59,048 nt of DNA, taken from positions 1 to 59,048 of the IMG/VR virus record IMGVR_UViG_3300036845_000232; one strand, given 5' to 3'. The number at the start of each line of letters is the position of its first letter. Position 1 is the first letter of the stretch. This document shows positions 7,773-16,204 of the stretch, piece after piece. The notes under the pieces are model-generated. The model did not search any database. It was not told the origin of the DNA and saw only the letters and a program-made list of their open reading frames with translations. Origin of the DNA: a virus. Lineage: Duplodnaviria > Caudoviricetes. The translations under genes and the position numbers were made by a program.

Positions 7773-8870
7773 CTATTTCGCGGCCGAGGGAATCGGCTGC
7801 TGTGTCCACATTTGTGTCCCCTGGTGCTGCGATTGGCGCGCCTCTTCGGCGGTCAGGAATTTCAGATAGATCTCGGTCGTCGTGATGCTCTTGTGGCCGA
7901 GCCGCTGCTGTAGGTCGTAGAGACCGAGGCCGGCGCGCAGCCATTCGACGGCGTGCAGATGGCGCAGGTCGTGGAAGCGGAACGGCCGAAATTCCGGCTC
8001 GCGCCCTTCCTCCTTCGCGGCCTTCGCCTCGGTCGCTGCCACGTCGCGCACGATCGCGGCGAACCGGCTGGACAGGTTGCGATAGGGTTCGCCCTCGTCA
8101 TGCCAAAACAGCCATGGCGACTTGGCGTAGGTTGGCAGGCCCCGCAGAAGCTCGTAGGCGCCCCCGTAGTCCAGGCCAATGACCCGCAGCTTGTTGCCCT
8201 TGCCGATCACGGTTAGCTCGTGGCGCTCGTGGTTGATGGCCGCGCGCGTCGCGGTGACAAGCTCCTCAAGCCGGCATCCGGTGAGCCGGGCCGCGCGGAT
8301 AAGGGCTGCCATGAGGCCGGGGGCGCGCCGGATGACGCGATCGACGTAGGTGGTCTCGGGCAGCACGATAGGATCGCGCCGCTCCTTGAGCAGCCGCAGG
8401 CGCTCTAGGGCCGGATTATCGCGGCGCCAGTTCTGGGTTTGGCAGTAGGTCAGGACCGAAGCCACAGCCCCGAGGTCGCGCCGGAGCGTCGCCGTGGTGA
8501 CGTCGGCCTTGCGCCGGCCGTTCACCAGGTCGACCACCAGGGCCGCATCCACTTCGTCCTGGTAGCGCCCACGCAGCCACGGCTCGCATTGCTTCAGGGA
8601 GACCGCATAGCGCTTCGCCGCGTTCAGGCCGATGCCGCGGTCAGGGATGTGGTGCTCGATCCAACCGGTCACCGCATCCTCCCAGGTGACGCGGCCCGTG
8701 CCGTTGGCGAGTTCGAGGTTGCGCTTGCGGTCGGCCTCGACCCGCTGTGCAGCAACTTCGACATCATCTGTTCGTAGCGACCATCGCTCCTTCTTGCCGC
8801 GGATCGTCTGTCGGCCCCAGAGGACCGAACCGACCCAGAAGCAATGCGGCGGGGCTTTTCGCTTGCGCAT
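7773..8870 (-). CDS. int: Tyrosine integrase
   Basis: TGCRLEE, GKGNK, FHDLRH, LGHKSITTTEIY catalytic residues. Confidence 0.95.
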   Translation of the reverse strand: MRKRKAPPHCFWVGSVLWGRQTIRGKKERWSLRTDDVEVAAQRVEADRKRNLELANGTGRVTWEDAVTGWIEHHIPDRGIGLNAAKRYAVSLKQCEPWLRGRYQDEVDAALVVDLVNGRRKADVTTATLRRDLGAVASVLTYCQTQNWRRDNPALERLRLLKERRDPIVLPETTYVDRVIRRAPGLMAALIRAARLTGCRLEELVTATRAAINHERHELTVIGKGNKLRVIGLDYGGAYELLRGLPTYAKSPWLFWHDEGEPYRNLSSRFAAIVRDVAATEAKAAKEEGREPEFRPFRFHDLRHLHAVEWLRAGLGLYDLQQRLGHKSITTTEIYLKFLTAEEARQSQHQGTQMWTQQPIPSAAK

Positions 8871-9064
8871 GGCGTCGCATCCTCGATTCGCTTCACCCAG
8901 GCGCGCAGCTTGGCCTCATCAAACGTCCATCGGCCGAGCACCTTCCCGGCGCCGGGGACCTTCCCGGCGATCGCGGCGGCCCGTAGCGCGCGCGCCCTGG
9001 CGCCCGTGATGGCGCACGCGGCCGCCATCGTAATGCGCTCAGGCTGGAGCGATGGGGCTGTCAC
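8669..9064 (-). CDS. Excisionase-like winged-helix protein overlapping the int 5' end
   Basis: ITMAAACAITG...GKVPGAGKVLGRWTFDEAKLRAWV; directly upstream of int; GTG start coupled to the previous stop. Confidence 0.65.
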   Translation of the reverse strand: MTAPSLQPERITMAAACAITGARARALRAAAIAGKVPGAGKVLGRWTFDEAKLRAWVKRIEDATPCASEKPRRIASGSVRSSGADRRSAARRSDGRYEQMMSKLLHSGSRPTASATSNSPTARAASPGRMR

Positions 9065-9447
9065 CGCCACTTCTCCACAGTTCCGTCGAACCGCTTGCGG
9101 ATCCCGCTCGCGCGCGTGCCGGGCAGGGGCCGACCCCTCGCCTTGCGGATGCCGGCATGCTTGCGCGCCATCTTGTAGGTCTTCGACTTGATCGCGACGT
9201 CGCGCGCCGTCTTCGCCGGATGGTGCTCGGCGAGGAACGGCCGCAGGTTCGACTCTCTGCGCTCGCCGCCGTTGATGATGGCGATCTCGTCCTCGGCGTC
9301 CCAGCGCTCGCCGGCGAGGATTTTCCGCCCGCAGCCGCATTGGCAGCACTCGTCATAGCGCTTGAAGATGCGGAGGCGGACGCGATCGGGGATGTCGCTG
9401 TCGGGACGCTTGCCGATCCATTCGGGGAGGGCGCGGGTGCCGGTCAT
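9061..9447 (-). CDS. HNH-like endonuclease (divergent active site)
   Basis: RVRLRIF..CQCGC..WDAEDEIAIINGGERRESNL..HPAKT. Confidence 0.7.
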   Translation of the reverse strand: MTGTRALPEWIGKRPDSDIPDRVRLRIFKRYDECCQCGCGRKILAGERWDAEDEIAIINGGERRESNLRPFLAEHHPAKTARDVAIKSKTYKMARKHAGIRKARGRPLPGTRASGIRKRFDGTVEKWR

Positions 9448-9953
9448 GCGGGCTCTTTCTCCCGCTTGCGATGTGCGCGCCGTCTGCGCGTGGTCGGCGC
9501 GGTCGGCGGAGACGCCACGCCCACCGGCCGCTGGGTCGCCTCCACCTCGTCCATCAGTGAGAGCGGATCGACGCCGAGCACCTTGCCGAGCACGAACAGC
9601 GCGCGATCCTTGAACCGTCGGAATGGGTCCTCGGGCAGGGAGGCGAAATTGATGCTGCGCGCGACCAACGACACCTCGCCGGTGAGGATGTTCACCCGCT
9701 TGGTGACGTGGCCGCACGCGATCTTGAGGTCGTCGAGCAATTCCTCTTCGCTGGCCCATCGGTCGGTGTTGTCGACCACCTTGCGCAGGAGCGCGAAGAA
9801 CCAGCGGTGATGCTGCGGCGAGCGCGCGCGCCGAACGGACACGAGGATTTCGCGTCCGCTCGGGATGCCATCGAGAAATTCTTCGGCCGCGAAGTCGGCA
9901 GGCACGAGCGAATTCCCCTTTTTGATGAAGCAACGCGCGTCGAGGTCCGTCAC
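9444..9953 (-). CDS. DUF1367-like recombination-associated protein
   Basis: RSPQHHRWFFALL...LKIACGH...SINFASL. Confidence 0.75.
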   Translation of the reverse strand: MTDLDARCFIKKGNSLVPADFAAEEFLDGIPSGREILVSVRRARSPQHHRWFFALLRKVVDNTDRWASEEELLDDLKIACGHVTKRVNILTGEVSLVARSINFASLPEDPFRRFKDRALFVLGKVLGVDPLSLMDEVEATQRPVGVASPPTAPTTRRRRAHRKREKEPA

Positions 9954-10993
9954 GAGTTCATGATCTCCGAGCGTCGCCGCGCGAATAGCGAGGACAAGTC
10001 CTCCAGGTCGGACGGCATGATCTGTTCGGCGTCGATGTTGGGCTGCACGCTGGTTGCCCAAAGCTGCTCCACCGCGTCGATTGTCGTGGCGAACCCAAGA
10101 TGCTCGATGATCCATTCACGGAAGGTTTCCGGCTCATCGGCCGGCGGCGCGGCGCGGCGGAGGAAGCCCGGAATTTCCGTGTCGGCATCAGAAGGCTTGG
10201 GCCGCGGGCCGCGCGCGAGCGGAGGCAGAGGGCGCCCGCCGGTGGTAGGGGCGGCCTCTGGCGCGTTCCGCTGCGGCGCCGCGTCGCCCGCCTCGGTGGG
10301 TTCGGGTGGCCTGCGCGCCGGGACCGTAGGCGGCAATTCTGGCGAGGCCTGCGCCCGCACCACCGGGCGCGGCGTCACGTCCTTCATGGGCCGGTCGTCT
10401 TCCAGCCCTTCGAGCTCTTCGGCGATGTAGAGGCCACCGAGCACGTCGGCGAAGAGGTCGCGCAGCGTGAAGGCGCGAGCGCGCATCTGCAGCATGCGCT
10501 TGGGATACTGCTGCCATGGGCCGGTCTTGCCCCAGAGCGATGCCTTCTTCGCGTCCGCGACCGAGAACGTGCGCTCGATCGGGTCCTTCTCGCCCTTGCG
10601 CTTGGCGCGGCACGTCGCGACCATGTTGTCGCCATCGCCGATCACCATTTCCTGGACGTACTCGCAGAGGCCGGAGGCGCGCACGAGGCCGATTGCGGCA
10701 TCCCCCCAGATCGACGGGCGCCCGTTGATGACCGCAATACGCTGCAACGCCATCAGCGGCGTGAGGCCGACCTCGAGCCCGTGCATGATCGCGACCGTGA
10801 TCGTCTCGGGCTTCTGCATGTCCTTCGGCGCGATGCCTGACTTGGCGACGATCTGCGCGAAGCGCCAGACCTGATCCATGTCGGTCGGCACGATGGGCTT
10901 GGGCCGCGCGCCCGCGGTCAGCGGGGCTTTCGGCTCGACGACGGCCACCGCCGTCGAAACTGTGGCACGCTCGTTCATTGTCTCGTTCTCCAT
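9950..10993 (-). CDS. recT: RecT-like ssDNA annealing protein
   Basis: GLEVGLTPLMALQRIAVINGRPSIWG...PWQQYPKRMLQMRARAFTLRDLFADVLGG. Confidence 0.85.
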   Translation of the reverse strand: MENETMNERATVSTAVAVVEPKAPLTAGARPKPIVPTDMDQVWRFAQIVAKSGIAPKDMQKPETITVAIMHGLEVGLTPLMALQRIAVINGRPSIWGDAAIGLVRASGLCEYVQEMVIGDGDNMVATCRAKRKGEKDPIERTFSVADAKKASLWGKTGPWQQYPKRMLQMRARAFTLRDLFADVLGGLYIAEELEGLEDDRPMKDVTPRPVVRAQASPELPPTVPARRPPEPTEAGDAAPQRNAPEAAPTTGGRPLPPLARGPRPKPSDADTEIPGFLRRAAPPADEPETFREWIIEHLGFATTIDAVEQLWATSVQPNIDAEQIMPSDLEDLSSLFARRRSEIMNS

Positions 10994-11001
10994 GGTTACG
11001 C

Positions 11002-11655
11002 TCACTTCACACGCCGTTCGCAGTCCTTCACCAAGTCGAACAGCTCGCGCATTTTGAGGAATGCGACGGCTTCGCGTTCGAGCTTGGGATAGTGATGGTG
11101 GCCGAAATCGCCCTCTTCCTTGGCGAAGCGGCAGAGGTGAAAGCCGCCGATCAGCGGATGATCGGGGTAGGCTTCCTCCCACAGCAGCCGGTAGGCGGCG
11201 AGCTGCAGGGTGTAGTCGACGTAAACCGAATTCGAGGTTTTCCAGTCGACCAGGATCAGCTCGTTGCCGACGGCGCCGATCGCGTCGAGCCGACCGCCGA
11301 ACTTGTATTTCTCGGAGACGATCGCGACTTCGGTGTGCCGCACTTCGAGCTTGGTCATCGCCTCCCATTTGAGATAGGAGGCGTAAGCCTGCCGCGCCTT
11401 CTCGACGACGTCGGCCGGGCCGGACAGCGCGGGCTCCGGCTCACCGCGCAGATGCGCCTCGACCAATTCGTGCGCCATGGTGCCGGCGGTCGCGGCTGGC
11501 GTGCGCGCTTGGTCGAGGGTGAGCCCGTCGAGCCCCGCCTTGTTCGCCCAGTAGAGCAGGCCGCCGGAATCCTTGAACCTGCCGATGATGGTGGTGACGC
11601 TCGGCACCTTGGCGCCGGAAGCGTCCTGATAAGTCGGATACTTGGCCTTCGCCAT
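11002..11655 (-). CDS. PD-(D/E)XK exonuclease (partner of RecT)
   Basis: PSVTTII, GTMAH, GRLD, VDWKT, QLAAY. Confidence 0.85.
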   Translation of the reverse strand: MAKAKYPTYQDASGAKVPSVTTIIGRFKDSGGLLYWANKAGLDGLTLDQARTPAATAGTMAHELVEAHLRGEPEPALSGPADVVEKARQAYASYLKWEAMTKLEVRHTEVAIVSEKYKFGGRLDAIGAVGNELILVDWKTSNSVYVDYTLQLAAYRLLWEEAYPDHPLIGGFHLCRFAKEEGDFGHHHYPKLEREAVAFLKMRELFDLVKDCERRVK

Positions 11656-11660
11656 GGTGG

Positions 11661-11876
11661 TCACTCCCGCTCGACTACGGCCGCCGTCGAAGCATGCTCG
11701 TTGATGTCCGCCGCGGCCGCGGCGGCTAAGGCTTGCGATGCGAACGGGAGCGCCCGGCGCTTGACGGGCGTCCACGCGAAGTGGTTCTCCGGCGTGCGGC
11801 GCAGCCAGCACTTGGTGCCGCCGAAGGTGCGGGCGACGAAGAAGTCGGGCTCGAGCTTTTCGGCAGGGGCGCCCAT
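11661..11876 (-). CDS. Hypothetical protein
   Basis: 71 aa ORF tiling the operon. Confidence 0.55.
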   Translation of the reverse strand: MGAPAEKLEPDFFVARTFGGTKCWLRRTPENHFAWTPVKRRALPFASQALAAAAAADINEHASTAAVVERE

Positions 11877-11877
11877 G

Positions 11878-12276
11878 TCAGGCCGCTCGCCTCACCGGCT
11901 TTGCCGCCGGCGCCATGCTCTCGACGAGGTGCAGCACCGCGAGGCGCTGCTTGTCGTCGTCGAGCGCTGCGAACGCCTGCGCCACACGCAGCGTGTGCGG
12001 GTCGGTAAGCAGGGTGCGCGGTGAGGACACCGGCAACGCCTTGCCGGGCTGCGCGCCCTCGAATAGCTGCTCGATCGCGACCCCGAGCGCCTCCGCGACC
12101 TGGAACATGCGCGAGCCGCCGACCCGGTTGGTGCCCTTCTCGTACTTCTGCACCTGCTGGAAGGTGACGCCCAGCGACGTCGCGAGTTCGCTCTGCGACA
12201 TGCCGCGCTGCAGCCGGATGATGCGGATGTTCTGGCCGACGGTGATGTCGACGGGCTTGGGGGATTTCTTCGGCAT
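11878..12276 (-). CDS. XRE-family HTH regulator
   Basis: MSQSELATSLGVTFQQVQKYEKGTNRV, an alphaproteobacterial XRE signature. Confidence 0.9.
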   Translation of the reverse strand: MPKKSPKPVDITVGQNIRIIRLQRGMSQSELATSLGVTFQQVQKYEKGTNRVGGSRMFQVAEALGVAIEQLFEGAQPGKALPVSSPRTLLTDPHTLRVAQAFAALDDDKQRLAVLHLVESMAPAAKPVRRAA

Positions 12277-12278
12277 GG

Positions 12279-12611
12279 TTACGCTCCTGAGGTTCGCTCG
12301 GACGTGACGATTTTTGCGAGGCGCCCCGACCGCATCGGCACGTCGGGCGCCGCCGCTTCGAGTTTTCGCCGGAGGTCGGCCGTCGCCGCGCCAAGAATGC
12401 TGGCGTGCGCCTCAGGCGCGAACCCCACCCCGTCATCCGGAAAGCTGGCTTGGAGGTTGCGGATCGCGGCGCTCTCGGTGTCGCCGTAGCCGCGGGCGCC
12501 GTGGTGCTCGTCACCGGCCCGGTACGCGACCCACAGGTCGACGCCGCGGCGGCGGGTGATGATGGAGGGGCGGGGTGCCCAGATATCGAGAGCCTGCGCC
12601 ATCATCGTCAC
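12279..12611 (-). CDS. Hypothetical protein
   Basis: 110 aa, coupled to the upstream ORF. Confidence 0.55.
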   Translation of the reverse strand: MTMMAQALDIWAPRPSIITRRRGVDLWVAYRAGDEHHGARGYGDTESAAIRNLQASFPDDGVGFAPEAHASILGAATADLRRKLEAAAPDVPMRSGRLAKIVTSERTSGA

Positions 12612-12880
12612 TCCGCCGCCCGCTTCGTCGCCAGACGAAACTCATCCTCCCGGCAGGCATCGAGGGTGAGCCGGCCGCGACGCGCCCGGCCTTCCGCGAT
12701 GATCCGTGCCGTCTCTTCCTCCAGCCCCTTGCGCGCGTTCGGCAGCGCCTTCGCCAGCCGGTCGAGATAGGCCGCCCGCGATGCCGCAAGCTCGGCCTCG
12801 GTCAGGGCCGGGGCCGGGGTCATCGGATTGAACCGGGCGGAGGTCGGGAAGCGGGAGATGTTGTCGGAGGGGAAGGGCAT
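12608..12880 (-). CDS. Hypothetical protein, first gene of the PL operon
   Basis: 90 aa, GAGG RBS. Confidence 0.6.
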   Translation of the reverse strand: MPFPSDNISRFPTSARFNPMTPAPALTEAELAASRAAYLDRLAKALPNARKGLEEETARIIAEGRARRGRLTLDACREDEFRLATKRAAE

Positions 12881-12917
12881 GGGGGTCGCGCCTCGGTGGT
12901 GTTTCGATCCGAGGGCG

Positions 12918-12969
12918 ACCTTACGCTAGATGCAAAAAGCTGTAAAGCGAAATTTGCACTAGATGCAAA
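12918..12969 (-). promoter_or_regulatory. PL-like promoter with two operators
   Basis: Minus-strand TTTACA-17-TAAGGT; operators CTTACG-CTAGA-TGCAAA (12920-12936) and TTTGCA-CTAGA-TGCAAA (12953-12969). Confidence 0.75.
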
Positions 12970-13049
12970 GAAAGTGTTTGGATAACCGGCTTCGCACCGT
13001 AAAACGCAAGGAAACTTATGCTGTTAGTCCGAAGGCTCCGCTGGGGAGA

Positions 13050-13466
13050 TCAGTTCGTAGGACGGTAGCCGCGCTGCGCCATGCAAGCCGACATCGTGGC
13101 GTCTTGGGTTCGATGCCGCCGAATCGACGCACCGAGCGCTGCCCCCGCGTCACCAATCCCGAGGTCGCCCACCGCAGGAGGCTGATAAGAAGATGGGGCA
13201 GGCGGCGCCACTGCCGGCCCTGGCCCAACATACACTGGAACCGTAACGTTGTTGGTCACCGTGACCTGTGGCGTCGGAGCCAGCATTGGAACGCCGTTTG
13301 CGGCGTTCAGGGCCATCGCCCGGCAAGTGGCGAAGTCGACTTGGGCTTGCTGCGCGACCGACGGCGTTGAGGCGAGCGGCTGGCCGTCGAAACGCTCCCA
13401 ATCGGCCTGCGTCCCCGCGCATGCAGCAAGGGCAACGAGTCCGGTAAGGATGACCGCGCACCTCAT
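13050..13466 (-). CDS. Lipoprotein downstream of the repressor
   Basis: MRCAVILTGLVALAAC lipobox; DFATC...CMAQRGY. Confidence 0.75.
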   Translation of the reverse strand: MRCAVILTGLVALAACAGTQADWERFDGQPLASTPSVAQQAQVDFATCRAMALNAANGVPMLAPTPQVTVTNNVTVPVYVGPGPAVAPPAPSSYQPPAVGDLGIGDAGAALGASIRRHRTQDATMSACMAQRGYRPTN

Positions 13467-13477
13467 CGCATCCCCCT

Positions 13478-13804
13478 CTATGAGCTATCGTCCTGCGTCG
13501 CCTTGACAATTCGCATGATGGTGCGGCGCTCGCGCTCGTCGGCGTTTTGCCAGATCGACCAAAGGTCGGGGTCGCTATTCGGGTCGCGCGTCAGCAAGCT
13601 CACGACATCCGTTTGGTAGGTGTGAGCCGCCAATTCGAGGAAATCCTGGGTGTAGGGCGAGATCGCGTTCTCGATTCGCGAGAGCTGCGCTGGCGACATA
13701 TCGAATCGCTCTGCCGCCTTCTCCAAGGTCATCTTCCGGTGCTCGCGCCACTGGCGCAAAAACGTGCGCCGCCGCGGCGTCGATCCTCTAATTCTTCGCG
13801 GCAT
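13478..13804 (-). CDS. CI-like XRE repressor (no S24 peptidase domain)
   Basis: LRQWREHRKMTLEKAAERFDMSPAQLSRIEN; divergent from a cro-like gene. Confidence 0.85.
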   Translation of the reverse strand: MPRRIRGSTPRRRTFLRQWREHRKMTLEKAAERFDMSPAQLSRIENAISPYTQDFLELAAHTYQTDVVSLLTRDPNSDPDLWSIWQNADERERRTIMRIVKATQDDSS

Positions 13805-13812
13805 TTCAGTAA

Positions 13813-13901
13813 TTTACACCCCATGCAAAGAGCTTGTCCCCCGCACTAGGCGCAAATTCACTGCGCGGCCGTTGACGGCTGCTTTGCACCTAGTGTAAGG
13901 T
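13813..13901. promoter_or_regulatory. OR/PR region with three operators
   Basis: TTTACA-N5-TGCAAA at 13813, CCCGCA-N5-CGCAAA at 13840, TTTGCA-N5-TGTAAG at 13883; PR is TTGACG-18-TAAGGT. Confidence 0.75.
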
Positions 13902-13909
13902 CGCCTTGC

Positions 13910-14179
13910 ATGAGCACTTCACCGAAACCCCGCCGCGCCACGCCCGGAGAACGAATCCGGACTGCGCGTGGCGAACGAAGTCTCGACGCCTTCGCCGATC
14001 TCATTCAGCGCGAAGGCGCGCCACGTCCCTCCATCGCCAAGCTTTCGAGGATCGAGACGGGGGTCCAGCCCGTTCCGGTCGACGTTCTGCCAGCTATCTC
14101 GAAAATAACGGGAATTCCGCCGCGCGAGCTGCGGCCAGACTTGGCCGAGATGTTTCGCGGACGCGGTGCGGCCGCGTGA
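13910..14179 (+). CDS. Cro-like HTH protein
   Basis: SLDAFADLI...PSIAKLSRIETG...TGIPPRELRPDL. Confidence 0.85.
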   Translation: MSTSPKPRRATPGERIRTARGERSLDAFADLIQREGAPRPSIAKLSRIETGVQPVPVDVLPAISKITGIPPRELRPDLAEMFRGRGAAA

Positions 14180-14189
14180 GGCCTGAATG

Positions 14190-14465
14190 TCAGTTCAGCA
14201 GCACCGCAGCCTTCTCGATCGCGCCATCGATCAGCGCCTGCAATGCGCTCACGATCGATCCCAGCTTGGTTATGCTGCTGAGCGCCTCGACCTGGATCAC
14301 CCGTTCGCCCGGCCCACCCTCGCCGGGCAGGCGGCGCTCCTTGAACAGAAACAGACGGACAACTTCGCCTCCCAGGCTCTGCACTTCGACGCCATCGACC
14401 CAGAACTCCGGCACCGGGCCAATCTCGACAAGAGGCGGCCGGTCGCCCCCGTCCGTACTGCCCAT
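14190..14465 (-). CDS. Hypothetical protein convergent with cro
   Basis: 91 aa protein-like ORF (VPEFWVDGV...VVRLFLFKER) with an AT-rich upstream region. Confidence 0.65.
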   Translation of the reverse strand: MGSTDGGDRPPLVEIGPVPEFWVDGVEVQSLGGEVVRLFLFKERRLPGEGGPGERVIQVEALSSITKLGSIVSALQALIDGAIEKAAVLLN

Positions 14466-14727
14466 ACGCCACCTGGAATTTTCTTATGGTCGCAATCCGA
14501 ACGCAGATACTCGCACAGGTTTCATTTAATAGGTAATAGCTGCGCATTATGCAGCCATGCTCTGCGGAATGTGATCCGGCGCGCCCGTGTGCCGTACCGC
14601 GCCGCATTTCGCGGCAGCGCCGCTGACGCATCACCATCACAACACCGCTCGCCTGACACGCACGTCATGTGCGCGCGAGCGGGATTCGCCCTCACGTCAA
14701 GCCAAGAGTCGAATCGGATTCGCGGCC

Positions 14728-14768
14728 TGTGGATAACTCACGCACCCCTTTTGCGGGGGTGTGGATAA
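14728..14768. promoter_or_regulatory. Two perfect DnaA boxes
   Basis: TGTGGATAA (= TTATCCACA) at 14728 and 14760 in a non-coding gap. Confidence 0.6.
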
Positions 14769-14999
14769 CTTTTCGCGGCTTCCGCGGCCTTGCGCATGTT
14801 CGGCGCAAGTCATTCGGCCAGTTACGTTTTTCCTGTGCGTTGCGTGCGTGTCGTCCAACCCCGAGAGCCGGGAGGGCTCCATGCGACTGCTCACGCGCGC
14901 GGATTTTCTCTCCGTCGCCATCGCGATCAGCACCGTGCTGGTCGCCGGGATCGCGCTCAACCTGGTCGGCGCCGCCCGCCACGCGATGGGGGCCGGGTG

Positions 15000-15347
15000 A
15001 TGCTGTCCTCCCGCGAGATCGAGCGCCAGTACAAGCTGATCGAGGCGGCCGCCGCCGCGGGCGAGCGCTGCCCGCTCAACTCGCCGCTCGGACCAATCGA
15101 CTCCACCGCACTAAGCCCGCTCGCGCGCGAGGGCCGCATCCTGGTGGAGATCAGCGGCCACAACTGGCGCCAGATCACGATCCTGACCGGCCCGCACGCC
15201 GGCAAGCGAACGCTGCCGAACCCGAACGGGCACGCGGTCTATCGCATCATCGGCAAGACGACGCGATGGCCGACGCGTGAGGCGCGCGGCGAAGGCGCTC
15301 CCGACATGACGCCGCTGGCGCGCAGGCTCGAGCTGGTGCGCCCATGA
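15000..15347 (+). CDS. Hypothetical protein
   Basis: AAAGERCPLN...LAREGRILVEISGHNWRQITILTG, winged-helix-like. Confidence 0.6.
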   Translation: MLSSREIERQYKLIEAAAAAGERCPLNSPLGPIDSTALSPLAREGRILVEISGHNWRQITILTGPHAGKRTLPNPNGHAVYRIIGKTTRWPTREARGEGAPDMTPLARRLELVRP

Positions 15348-15479
15348 ACGTCCGCCGCCACCCGATTCCACCATCCGTCTATGGCCTCGCCGGCCTCGCG
15401 ATCATCGGCGCCTACGCGGTCGCTTGGCTGTCATGGCTCCTGTTCCAGCCTCAACCGTACTGACAAGAGGGAGAGGTAA

Positions 15480-15674
15480 GTGCCTGGAAAACCTTGGTCA
15501 CCTGACGAGATCGACGCGCTGACACAAGCCGTCATGGCGGGCGAGAGCGACGCCGCCGTGGCGCAGCGGCTCGGCCGCCCGAGCGTCGCCGCGATCCGCC
15601 GCCAGCGGCTCGCCATCGGCATCTTCCGCGCGCCCGAGAATGGCAGCGGCCGGCCGCGCAAGGTGGCGGCGTGA
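15480..15674 (+). CDS. Small Myb/GcrA-N-like HTH protein
   Basis: WSPDEIDAL...GESDAAVAQRLGRPSVAAIR; GGAGAGG RBS. Confidence 0.6.
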   Translation: MPGKPWSPDEIDALTQAVMAGESDAAVAQRLGRPSVAAIRRQRLAIGIFRAPENGSGRPRKVAA

Positions 15675-16204
15675 AGTCCGACCTCACCGCAAACGAGGCT
15701 GCGGCCGAAGGCGACGGCTTTGCCCCCATGGGCAACGCCGCCGAGCAATTCGTCGCCCACCTCAAGGCGATCGTCGATGCCCGCGCCGAGATCGCCTCGT
15801 TCGTCGAGAGCCCGATCGAGTTGATCCTCGGGTCGCATCTTCTTGTGGCCGGTCGCGAGCATTTCCCGGCCTGGGAGTTCGCGACGCCATCGCAGGTCGA
15901 GTGGAAACCTGCCGATCGCCTGCTGTTCATCCCGCAATTTCCATGGCGGAATTTCCGCGTCGACTTCGCGCTGCGCCCGCCAAGCGCGTCCCAGCCCAAC
16001 ATCGTCATCGAGTGCGACGGCCACGAGTTTCATGCCGCCACCGCGGCGCAAATCTATCGCGATGGCTGCCGCGACGACGTGATGCAGGCCGCCGGCATCA
16101 CGGTCATTCGCTTCACCGGGTCGCAGATCAACACCGATCCGCGTTCCTGCGCCGAATTTGTGCTGCGTCATCTTCCGCCCGCCAGAGAGGTCACCGCAGC
16201 ATGA
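15671..16204 (+). CDS. DUF559/Vsr-like endonuclease-domain protein
   Basis: FRVDFAL, VIECDGHEFH, RD..RD...GITVIRFTGSQI. Confidence 0.85.
   Translation: MKSDLTANEAAAEGDGFAPMGNAAEQFVAHLKAIVDARAEIASFVESPIELILGSHLLVAGREHFPAWEFATPSQVEWKPADRLLFIPQFPWRNFRVDFALRPPSASQPNIVIECDGHEFHAATAAQIYRDGCRDDVMQAAGITVIRFTGSQINTDPRSCAEFVLRHLPPAREVTAA

Larger units (their letters stand above)
7567..7819. mobile_element. attP region with arm-type integrase sites
   Basis: Pairs of TRTGTCC direct repeats 12 bp apart at 7567/7579 and 7801/7813 flank the tRNA fragment, next to the 3' end of int. Confidence 0.75.

Noticed and set aside
7384-7944. 186-aa ORF across attP
   Set aside because: It overlaps int, the arm sites and the tRNA fragment and does not look protein-like
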